Part shown: one piece after another, positions 1 through 7,611 of the stretch
How positions within the stretch are numbered: the stretch's first letter is position 1
How the letters are laid out: every line of letters starts with the position of its first letter
Assembly (NCBI GenBank): GCA_038889075.1
Contig: JAWAHS010000004.1
Location: 4,683-19,937, forward strand
DNA from: Ignisphaera sp.
GTDB lineage: Archaea > Thermoproteota > Thermoprotei_A > Sulfolobales > Ignisphaeraceae
Length of the DNA stretch: 15,255 nucleotides
Direction of reading: 5' to 3'
Program-made: the position numbers and the translations under genes
The notes under the pieces: generated by a model
Databases searched by the model: none
Seen by the model: the letters and a program-made list of their open reading frames with translations, nothing else
What the model was told of the DNA's origin: nothing

Positions 1-590
1 AATAATCTATTTCAATTTTCTAATAGCAACACCACTATACTTTTCAAAGATCCTTTCATGGATAGGTAGTAACTTCAGGTCACTCGGTATAGAGAATTAT
101 GGTATCTTCCTCTCTAACACCTAGTTATATATATATGTGCCTTACCCGCTTGCCAATAATCGAGTACTGCAGGATATGAATTAACGATAGTTATCTCTAC
201 TGGTTTAGGGATCTCTCTCAAATATCTCCTTGGCTACCCCAATACCCTCTCTAAAGGCCTTTCCAGGATCGCCTGCTACAACCCAACTACCTCACCCTTG
301 ATATTAGATACAGCATTAACTATGAATCTAAGACCAACGATTTCAGCTGCCTCCTCCATATCCCTTCTCATAGTATTATCCGGATTGCCTAGTAGATTTC
401 ATTGAATCCGGCAGGGTACCTAGTACATGGATGTGCTCTACAGTCCTCCTACAACAGACTCCAAGGTAGAATTATCTTAGCATCACCTCCACAGCCAGCA
501 ACTGGATGTGGTATAATACTGCCTATCCCTATCACAATATCAGATTCGTAGACAATCCTAATATATTGGAATACCGCTCTTGGTACTCCC
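1..590 (-). pseudogene. larA: Degraded LarA-family (nickel-pincer-dependent alpha-hydroxy acid racemase/epimerase, DUF2088) gene
   Basis: Manual minus-strand translation across frames gives consecutive blocks: GSTKSGIPIY* / VYESDIVIGIGSIIPHPVAGCGGDAKIILP (553-464) / GVCCRRTVEHIHVLG / LLGNPDNTMRRDMEEAAEIVGLRFIVNAVSNIKGEVVG / VAGDPGKAFREGIGVAKEIFE / EIPKPVEITIVNSYPAVLDYWQAGKA / GVREEDTIILYTE*PE. These match the LarA motifs PHxxAGxxGGxKxxxPG, NPxxxxxxEAA, AGD, YQxxK and GGTIIxxxECxEG. There are about five frameshifts plus in-frame stops, and the N-terminal third is not recognisable. Confidence 0.85.
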
Positions 591-722
591 TTTTAACCCT
601 ATACTACTCTATTAGGATAAACAGTTATGCGCTTTCTACTATAATTTTCGATGTAGAGAAAAAAGACTTCTGTGTAACTATTGAATATTGTAGAGCTTAG
701 ATTTAACGGCTAGCAGTGCATG

Positions 723-1064
723 CTATATGCATCCAATTTTAGCATTGAAGAAGATATATACTAGAGGAGATGTGCCAGTATTTATAACCTTGTGTGGTGT
801 ATTGAGAGGGATAAACACAGCATGGTTTGGCTCTATATGGTACTCCTCACCAGCTATTTTTACAATACCTCTACCACTAAGTATATAGTATGCCTGCTCC
901 TCATCACTATGTGTATGTTCGGATACTTCTCCTCCGGGTGGAAGCTCAGCTATTCTCATAATGAGGCATTTCGAACCAGAGTTCTCATCAAAAATGAATC
1001 TATACATAACATTGTTGATTACTCTTAGCTCTAGTTCCGAGACCTTAACAACCCTAGCCTTCAT
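723..1064 (-). CDS. Cupin_2 domain protein (113 aa)
   Basis: Motif 1 PGGEVSEHTHSDEEQAYYILSGRG and motif 2 VFIPLNTPHKVINTG are present with H-x-H...H metal ligands. The start overlaps the upstream amidohydrolase end by 11 bp. Confidence 0.9.
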   Translation of the reverse strand: MKARVVKVSELELRVINNVMYRFIFDENSGSKCLIMRIAELPPGGEVSEHTHSDEEQAYYILSGRGIVKIAGEEYHIEPNHAVFIPLNTPHKVINTGTSPLVYIFFNAKIGCI

Positions 1065-1806
1065 AATATGTATCGCCTCGTATTTTGCTTAGTAGGTATT
1101 TAGCATTTCTATATAGTATATTTTCTTTATCGTGCTCAGATACACGGAGATGCCTTATCTTTTCAAGCTCTACCTCTATTGACAGAAAGGGCATATCTGA
1201 ACCAAAGAGAATCCTCTCAGAACCCAGCTCCCTAACAGCATACTCTATTACAGGTAGAAACCTCTGACCAGCTGTATCAAGATATATATTATCAGCTCTC
1301 TTTGCAGCCCTTATACTATCATACCACAGAATTCCTAGACCCATATGGGCTAGTATAAAGAATGTGTGTGTAAAGGTTAGTGCAAGCTCTAGTACCTGAA
1401 GTGGCTGGGAATATATTGGCGAACCTGTATGGACTAGAACCAGAAGTCTATTTCTCTCAGCTAACTCAATCAATGGATATAGCAATTCGCTGTGTGCTGG
1501 TATCCCCTGTGTCAGAGGATGTATCTTCAAACCCTTTGCACCCATTGCTATAAAAAGCTCTAACTGCTCTCTACACCTTTCATCCCACGGATCTACAGAT
1601 ACAAAGGGTACCACTCTATTTGGATAGCTCTTAAACATCTTAATAACACGTAGACTATCCTCTAAAACATTTCTACGATATATAGCCTCGTAGGGTAACA
1701 AAAACATTATATCGATACCAATGTCGCCAGCCTTCCTCAATAGAAATTCCCTGGGCTCAATACCATCGCTTTTCATATAGTGTACATGGACATCTACTAT
1801 ACCCAT
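1054..1806 (-). CDS. Amidohydrolase family protein (Amidohydro_2, TIM barrel), catalytic motifs intact
   Basis: Motifs DVHVH, GLKIHP, LVHTG, ILAHMG, NIYLDTA, RILFGSDMPF and ILYRNA. Confidence 0.92.
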   Translation of the reverse strand: MGIVDVHVHYMKSDGIEPREFLLRKAGDIGIDIMFLLPYEAIYRRNVLEDSLRVIKMFKSYPNRVVPFVSVDPWDERCREQLELFIAMGAKGLKIHPLTQGIPAHSELLYPLIELAERNRLLVLVHTGSPIYSQPLQVLELALTFTHTFFILAHMGLGILWYDSIRAAKRADNIYLDTAGQRFLPVIEYAVRELGSERILFGSDMPFLSIEVELEKIRHLRVSEHDKENILYRNAKYLLSKIRGDTYYEG

Positions 1807-1809
1807 TTT

Positions 1810-2544
1810 TCACAACCCTAGAAGGGTCTTAGCATTTCTATACAGGATACCTTCTCTATCATACTCACTCAATTCTAGTAAGCTGAGCTTTCTCTCTTCA
1901 ATGGGAAAACTCGAGTAGGGAGAACTGGTGGCAAAGATGAATCTACTGCTTCCAAGAAGTTCTATAGCTCTTCTAAGAGCTCTCACATTTGATTGGCAAG
2001 AGATGTCGGAGTACAGATTTTCTGCTCTTTTCATTGCGGGCACTACCTCCATCCAGAAATCGGTTAGGCCTGCAAAACCCATTACAAATCTCAGTTCTGG
2101 AAAAGTGAGAGCAGTATCAGCAATCTCTAGGGGGCTCTGTGGATGATATCCCGAGAGAATATATACTACAACTCTATGCTTAGCTATGTTTTCAAGAATT
2201 GGATAAACAATTCTGTGATTGATGGAAAAGCCTTGTAGATATGGAATAAGTTTAATCCCTTTGAACTCCAGATCCCTAACTATGTACATAGCCTCATCTA
2301 CAGCTCCATCCCTAAACCAGGGATTTACAGTCCCTAAAGCAAGTAGATTTTTATGCACCTTAGCAATATTGTACAGCTCGAGGTTTGCGTCATGGAATTT
2401 GTAGATATAGCTACTGCCGTAAGCCGGTGTGACTACGGTATAGCTAATGTGGAATCTCTTCATATTCTCCAGTACATCTTTAATGGCTAGACATACGTCG
2501 AAGTATTCACTACACCCCACTTCAACGTGAAAATCTACTATCAT
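1810..2544 (-). CDS. Amidohydrolase-fold protein with degenerate metal ligands
   Basis: Colinear with the neighbouring amidohydrolase (VNPW, KGIKLIPYLQG, NLYSDIS, RFIFATSSPY, ILYRNA). Ligand positions read DFHVE, KLIP, ILSG, MGFAG and ATSSP. It ends 3 bp before the next start. Confidence 0.88.
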   Translation of the reverse strand: MIVDFHVEVGCSEYFDVCLAIKDVLENMKRFHISYTVVTPAYGSSYIYKFHDANLELYNIAKVHKNLLALGTVNPWFRDGAVDEAMYIVRDLEFKGIKLIPYLQGFSINHRIVYPILENIAKHRVVVYILSGYHPQSPLEIADTALTFPELRFVMGFAGLTDFWMEVVPAMKRAENLYSDISCQSNVRALRRAIELLGSSRFIFATSSPYSSFPIEERKLSLLELSEYDREGILYRNAKTLLGL

Positions 2545-2556
2545 AAATTCTCTGCC

Positions 2557-2577
2557 GTATCCTAATCGATGGATAGA
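2557..2577. promoter_or_regulatory. Candidate operator TATCC-N8-GGATA, copy 1
   Basis: gTATCCtaatcgatGGATAga lies between a minus-strand TTTTTTA element (2582-2588) and the ATG at 2544. It shares CGATGGATAGA with 4084-4094. Confidence 0.5.
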
Positions 2578-2601
2578 GGGGTAAAAAACTGGTGAATTGG
2601 A

Positions 2602-4059
2602 TTAGGATTTAAGTATTTTGAATAAATTGTCTATCCTTTCCTTTTCTTCAGGACCGGGCTTCGTTACTAGGCTCTCTAGGAAGAATAGACCAAAGGATGT
2701 GAGTAGCTGAGCCCCTGTTGTTATAGTCCAGGGAGTTCTGACTATAAAGTTTAGCACAGCCCATACTATAAAGCCTCCAGCCCAAGAGGCTAGCGCACCC
2801 CTCCAAGTAGTTCTACTATACATCAAGCCTAGTAGCAATGGTACAGCCACAGGTCCTAGCAGACCTGCATACCAGGTCACCATGACGCTGAAGGCAGGTC
2901 CTAGTGAGGGTGCTATAAATGCCAGTGCTACAGTTAGACCACCAAAGAGTAGAGTCATTACTCTTCCAAATCTCAGTTGCTTTATAGGATCTACAGCCTT
3001 CTTAAATCTTGCATACAGATCTCTTGTTGCTATAGCTGAGAGAGCATTTAAATCGGAGTCGACCATGGACATCGTTGCAGCAAACATTGCTACTGCCATC
3101 AAGCCTAGGAGACCGGGTGCTACAGTCGGTAGGTAATCTTTAGCAAAGGTAGCATACGCATAGTCAGGATTCTTAATATCTGGATACAGTATTCTGGTTG
3201 CCCACATGGGTATGAAGAACGTTAGTGGATATACAAGGTATAGAAAGGCTGAGAATAGTGCTGCCTTTCTAGCTTCAGCTGGTTTTCCTGTAGCAATGAA
3301 TCTCTGGGCAAGCCCTAGTGTACCACCAGCATAGCTAAGGGTAACCACTACTAGAAATACAATCCAGTAGGGAAAATCGTAGGGACCGCTAAGAGGTTGC
3401 CAAAATCCAGGTGGAGCCTTAGATATCAAACCACCTAACCCTCCCACAACCTGAAGGGCAACAAATAAGCTAACCATTGTTACTAGGAACTGTACTATAG
3501 CCTGTAGAAAATCCGACAGTATATCTGCTAAAAGTCCTCCAATAACCATGTAGAATAGTGTTAAGGCACCAGCGATACCTATACTGATTGCAATATCCAT
3601 CCCCCAGAATACGGATAGAAATACAGCTAAGGAATACACCTTGAGAGCTTCATCGATGAACTTTATCCCTATGCTTGAGGCCGCTATGGCCAAGCGCGAT
3701 GGTAGGTTATACCTCTGTTCCAGCCACTCAAGAGGGCTCTGAATTTTTGCCTTAGCAAGGGCAGCCCAACGAGGTGCAAATGTGAAAGCTGTTACAATAA
3801 GACCTAAACCGATTGTTAGAGCCCATATGGTGTATATCGTAAAGCCGTACCTCCATGCAACACCAGCATAGGCAACAAAGGCAAATGCACTGTAGCCGGA
3901 CATGTGATGGGATACTGCAGCTAGCCACCATGGAACATTCCATCTAGCTGTGAAATAGGTTTCGCTATCCCTAGTCCTCCTCCAACTCCAGAACGCTATA
4001 CCTATAACAAATGCTATATATAGTACAATTACAGAGTAGTCCACTACTGTAATACCCAT
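2602..4059 (-). CDS. Sodium:solute symporter (SSS/SLC5) family protein
   Basis: About 13 hydrophobic segments, with motifs YFTARWNVPWW, SPLEWLEQRYN, YMVIGGLLADILSDFLQ, QRFIA and AMFAATMSMVDSDLNALSAIATRDLY. The ATG at 4059 is preferred over the GTG at 4074 because an SD-like GGGGGTGTGG lies just upstream. Confidence 0.93.
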   Translation of the reverse strand: MGITVVDYSVIVLYIAFVIGIAFWSWRRTRDSETYFTARWNVPWWLAAVSHHMSGYSAFAFVAYAGVAWRYGFTIYTIWALTIGLGLIVTAFTFAPRWAALAKAKIQSPLEWLEQRYNLPSRLAIAASSIGIKFIDEALKVYSLAVFLSVFWGMDIAISIGIAGALTLFYMVIGGLLADILSDFLQAIVQFLVTMVSLFVALQVVGGLGGLISKAPPGFWQPLSGPYDFPYWIVFLVVVTLSYAGGTLGLAQRFIATGKPAEARKAALFSAFLYLVYPLTFFIPMWATRILYPDIKNPDYAYATFAKDYLPTVAPGLLGLMAVAMFAATMSMVDSDLNALSAIATRDLYARFKKAVDPIKQLRFGRVMTLLFGGLTVALAFIAPSLGPAFSVMVTWYAGLLGPVAVPLLLGLMYSRTTWRGALASWAGGFIVWAVLNFIVRTPWTITTGAQLLTSFGLFFLESLVTKPGPEEKERIDNLFKILKS

Positions 4060-4073
4060 GTACCACACCCCCA

Positions 4074-4108
4074 CTATACCTTCCGATGGATAGATTTTTT
4101 AAATTTTG
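4074..4108 (-). promoter_or_regulatory. TATA box plus candidate operator copy 2 (TATAC-N8-GGATA)
   Basis: The minus strand reads caaaaTTTAAAAAA-tctatccatcggaaggtatag. On the plus strand, 4074-4094 is cTATACcttccgatGGATAga. Confidence 0.55.
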
Positions 4109-4346
4109 TTGAAACTAATCTGCACTTTGTGTACTGCAAAAAGCACTATATATTCAATGGTGGGGAACGCCCGGGTTACTATCTATCTACTGCTGAATTG
4201 TAGTGGTTTTGATTGATGGAGTAGAAAATATTGAGGTAGAATATGTATTAAAAGTGTGGTGCATACAGTAAGGATAACAGTGGCTGAGGAGATGATAAGT
4301 ATTTTAGGCAAAAATTAGTACTACTCTGAGAGAGTGTTGCACGTCG

Positions 4347-4889
4347 ATGTATAGTGGCGAATTGTGTGGTAATATAAACATTAGAGGACTGTATCCTAAG
4401 ATTTCAAAAGAGAGGGCAGTAGAAATAGCACAGAAGAAGTTATTATCTATAATAAGAAGAAGATGTGTTGTAGAGCTAGTAGAGCTCTATTACAAGCCCT
4501 ATTTATTGGTTAAGTATAGAGCCTCCTTAGTTCATAGAGATTCCGAGCATTCTAGTACTGAAGTTGTTGAACACTATATCGTAATAGACATGCTAACAGG
4601 TGTAGGTTTTGAAGAGGAGGAATTTAACGAGGCAGAGCTCACACAAATAAATATTGAAGAGTGTAAGGTTTTGAAAAGTGAAATTGATTGGAAAACCGCT
4701 CTTCGTGAAATAGAGCGGGTGATTATGAAATTCAAGGCCAGGATTTATAGACGTGGGTTTAAGGTGGTTGAAGATAGGTATACAGATCTAGGGCTTGTGT
4801 ATAAACCCATCTGGATTATTACATTTAGGTACCGTAGAAAGGTGGAGTACGTAGGGGTCGATGCTATTAAAGGTATAAAGATATGGTAG
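4347..4889 (+). CDS. Hypothetical soluble protein with two PepSY-like repeats
   Basis: Repeat 1 is ISKERAVEIA...LYYKPYLLVKY...IVIDMLTG. Repeat 2 is IDWKTALREI...LVYKPIWIITF...VGVDAIKG. No signal peptide or TM segment is visible. Confidence 0.8.
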   Translation: MYSGELCGNINIRGLYPKISKERAVEIAQKKLLSIIRRRCVVELVELYYKPYLLVKYRASLVHRDSEHSSTEVVEHYIVIDMLTGVGFEEEEFNEAELTQINIEECKVLKSEIDWKTALREIERVIMKFKARIYRRGFKVVEDRYTDLGLVYKPIWIITFRYRRKVEYVGVDAIKGIKIW

Positions 4890-4964
4890 CACAGTGGTAA
4901 ATATCTAGTATGAAAACTTATATTCTTCCAGCTATTTTCTTTTTCTCGAGTAGGTGAATCGCCG

Positions 4965-5177
4965 GTGTCCTCTAGTACAGAGGAGAAATTCTACTGGCCA
5001 TCCAAAGCTTCTGGATACGCATTGCTGCTAATTGCAGGGTTTTCAATACTGGTACTACTACTGTTTGTTGTAGGAATGTACCGCCATCCAGCTCTAGACG
5101 TTCTAATACTAGCGGTAATGGCTCTAGCAATATACTATATGGGTGTAAGATACTATAAGATGTTTATGGGTGAGTGA
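4965..5177 (+). CDS. Small two-TM membrane protein, probable symporter accessory subunit
   Basis: SD AGGTGA at 4952-4957 precedes a GTG start. There are two hydrophobic helices (YALLLIAGFSILVLLLFVVGM and VLILAVMALAIYYMGV). The stop is 1 bp before the symporter ATG at 5179. Confidence 0.8.
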   Translation: MSSSTEEKFYWPSKASGYALLLIAGFSILVLLLFVVGMYRHPALDVLILAVMALAIYYMGVRYYKMFMGE

Positions 5178-5178
5178 A

Positions 5179-6642
5179 ATGGCTGTTGCATGGGACGTTC
5201 TAATCCCCGTAATAATATACTTTATAGTACTGCTCGTTATAGGTGTCTATGCTTCTAGAAGGGTGAAGAGCTTTAGAGACTATATTATTGCTGTAGGACA
5301 GGTGAGTAGCTTTGCCCTTCTAGGAACCGTGATCGCTACACAGTGGGGTGGCGTTACTGTAATGGGTGTTCCTGGGCTAGCCTACGCAGGTGAAACCTAT
5401 AGAGCTGTATACTATGCATCAGCAGCTGTACCCAGGTTTCTCGTCTGGGCACTTCTCCTAGCCTATCCAATCTGGCTTGCTAAACCATGGACTGTTACTG
5501 AATGGTTTACACAGAGATTTGATAGAAAATGTGGCTATCTTGCAGCTATACTAAATATACTAGGGTTTATAGGGTTGATAGCAGGACAGCTAGTCGCAGC
5601 AGCAAGAATACTCTCTGTAATTACCGGTATTCCATTTGAATTCTCACTACTGATGGGAGCAGCCATAGTCATAATCTATACCGTGACGGCAGGTTTGTGG
5701 GGTGTTATATACACCGATATATTCCAGTTCATAATAATATTTGCAGGGATCCTTACACTAGCTGGGGTAGTGCATGCCACAATAGGATTAGATACGCTAA
5801 GAGCTAACCTACCCCCTACACAGTGGTCTACACTGGGAGTCGATGGAGCACTATACTTTGTAACACTATTCATTCTATGGTGTGCAGATCTACCATTCAA
5901 CTACGTGATTCAGAGAATATCCTCTGCAAAAACAAAGAGAGCACTATTTACGGCACCAATCTTTGGTGCAATATCATACCTCCTAGCAGCATACCTAGGA
6001 GGGCTACTGGGTACTGCGGCACGCTATACACTACCAAAGATACCATCAGCTGATGAAGCTGTGATAAGGCTGTCAGTAACATTGCTTCCTCCTACTGTTG
6101 CTGGTTTCCTATGTGCAGCACTATTAGCTGTAACAATGTCTTCTGCTGATACATATCTAAATGCGCCTGTAGCATTGCTTACAAATGATATAGTGAAGCC
6201 CCTTAAACCCACTCTTACAGATAGACAGCTACTAGCGCTATCGAGAATTGTAACCCTAGCGCTCTCTGTAATTGCTATAATTATGGGTCTGTGGCTAAGA
6301 GGTATAATAACTGTGCTTGTAACATTTCTATACTTTACAATAGCATTGATACCAGCCTTCATAGCCTCTGTAACATGGAGAAGAGCTTCTCCTACAGCAG
6401 CCTTCTGGTCCATGCTCATAGGTGGTGTGGTGGGTGCAGGTCTAAGATTTGCTGCAATATATGGGTTTACTCCTCCGGGATTGCTATACGGTATGTATAT
6501 ACCGGCATTTCTTGCAATAGCAATATCCTCAGTACTGCTCATAGCAATATCCTTTGCTAAACCAATGCAGGTTAAATCCTCTACTCTAGCTGGAGGTACT
6601 AAGCCGGATGTATATAGAATTGCTAGACTAATGCCTTGGTGA
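5179..6642 (+). CDS. Sodium:solute symporter (SSS/SLC5, PutP-like) family protein
   Basis: Motifs DYIIAVG, ATQWGGVTVMGVPGLAY, TVTEWFTQRF, YTVTAGLWGVIYTDIFQ, QRISSAK and ALLAVTMSSADTYL. SD GGGTGA (5168-5173) favours the ATG at 5179. Confidence 0.93.
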   Translation: MAVAWDVLIPVIIYFIVLLVIGVYASRRVKSFRDYIIAVGQVSSFALLGTVIATQWGGVTVMGVPGLAYAGETYRAVYYASAAVPRFLVWALLLAYPIWLAKPWTVTEWFTQRFDRKCGYLAAILNILGFIGLIAGQLVAAARILSVITGIPFEFSLLMGAAIVIIYTVTAGLWGVIYTDIFQFIIIFAGILTLAGVVHATIGLDTLRANLPPTQWSTLGVDGALYFVTLFILWCADLPFNYVIQRISSAKTKRALFTAPIFGAISYLLAAYLGGLLGTAARYTLPKIPSADEAVIRLSVTLLPPTVAGFLCAALLAVTMSSADTYLNAPVALLTNDIVKPLKPTLTDRQLLALSRIVTLALSVIAIIMGLWLRGIITVLVTFLYFTIALIPAFIASVTWRRASPTAAFWSMLIGGVVGAGLRFAAIYGFTPPGLLYGMYIPAFLAIAISSVLLIAISFAKPMQVKSSTLAGGTKPDVYRIARLMPW

Positions 6643-6656
6643 TATTAAAGTCCATT

Positions 6657-6676
6657 TATTTTTTAATTAAAAAATA
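6657..6676. terminator. Probable bidirectional oligo-T terminator
   Basis: A perfect 20-bp palindrome TATTTTTTAATTAAAAAATA lies between convergent stops (6642 and 6696) and gives a T6 tract on each strand. Confidence 0.65.
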
Positions 6677-6695
6677 TCTTGATTGGAATTTGGGA

Positions 6696-7610
6696 TTAGA
6701 GGTTGTACTGCCTTATCTTCTCCTCTATGAAATGCTTAGCTAAGATGACCTCCTCATCCAGTCTATCCCTTATATCCTGGCCGCCTACATCTATTGCTAT
6801 ATATCCTCTAAATCCGTGTTTCTTCAACCCTACGAAGACTGCATCCCAGTCTATAGTGCCTTTACCTGGTGCCCAGTGGAAGTTGTCTCTACCATCGTTA
6901 TCGGATACGTGTACGTAGAGGATTCTGCTTCCCAGCTTCTCTATCGATAGGGGTATCAGCTCCTTAGCAGCGTGGAGGTGGCCTGTATCCAATACTGCTC
7001 CAAAGTTATCTTCATCTACATCGTCTATGAGCCTCAGCATTGCATCGCTATTGCTTATAGTTTCACCTATTCTAGGCTCTATAACAAACTTTAGGTTGCA
7101 CTCACCTGCAATCCTACTGCACCTCTTCATAGTATCGACTAGAGTGCTCCAGAAGCTCCTCCATGAAAATCCTTCGGGTATCTCAACCCTATACCTCTCT
7201 CCAAATATAATAGCTCTACTATATGGCGATGCACCAACGAATTTTATTGGTGGTGTAAAGGTATCCGTCTGTATAAGACTTGAATTGAAATGGATAGCGA
7301 GTTCGCATGCTTTTCTAAAGTACTCTAGGGCTTTTTCACGTATACTGCTATCCATAGAGATGAGGTCTCTAAATATTGCAGCAACATTAATAACATTAAC
7401 ACCTCTATCAGCTAGATATCTCTTCAACGAGTTTCTATGCTCCTCAAACTCCTTCAGATTATCAAATCCTACAAACTCAAGCTCTATATTGCTAAAGCCG
7501 AGCCTAACAGCATCATCGACAACCTTGTAGACATACTCCATAGGTGGAGGGTAGCCGTACTTTGTTATAGCATAGAGCCAGGCGAGATTAGTGCTAACCA
7601 TATCGACCAC
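6696..7610 (-). CDS. Sugar phosphate isomerase/epimerase (AP_endonuc_2, xylose isomerase-like TIM barrel; DTE/FrlC/IolE superfamily)
   Basis: Motifs LGFSNIELE, REKALEYFRKACELA, FVIEP, VLDTGH, YVHVSDNDG, HWAPGKGTIDW and GFRGYIAID. The ATG at 7601 is an alternative start. Confidence 0.9.
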   Translation of the reverse strand: MVDMVSTNLAWLYAITKYGYPPPMEYVYKVVDDAVRLGFSNIELEFVGFDNLKEFEEHRNSLKRYLADRGVNVINVAAIFRDLISMDSSIREKALEYFRKACELAIHFNSSLIQTDTFTPPIKFVGASPYSRAIIFGERYRVEIPEGFSWRSFWSTLVDTMKRCSRIAGECNLKFVIEPRIGETISNSDAMLRLIDDVDEDNFGAVLDTGHLHAAKELIPLSIEKLGSRILYVHVSDNDGRDNFHWAPGKGTIDWDAVFVGLKKHGFRGYIAIDVGGQDIRDRLDEEVILAKHFIEEKIRQYNL

Positions 7611-7611
7611 T

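Noticed and set aside
506-700. 64-aa plus-strand ORF
   Set aside because: It has no motif and is partly antisense to the larA remnant.
4261-4320. CTGA followed by ATGATA, resembling a C/D RNA half
   Set aside because: There is no correctly spaced box C upstream or box D downstream.
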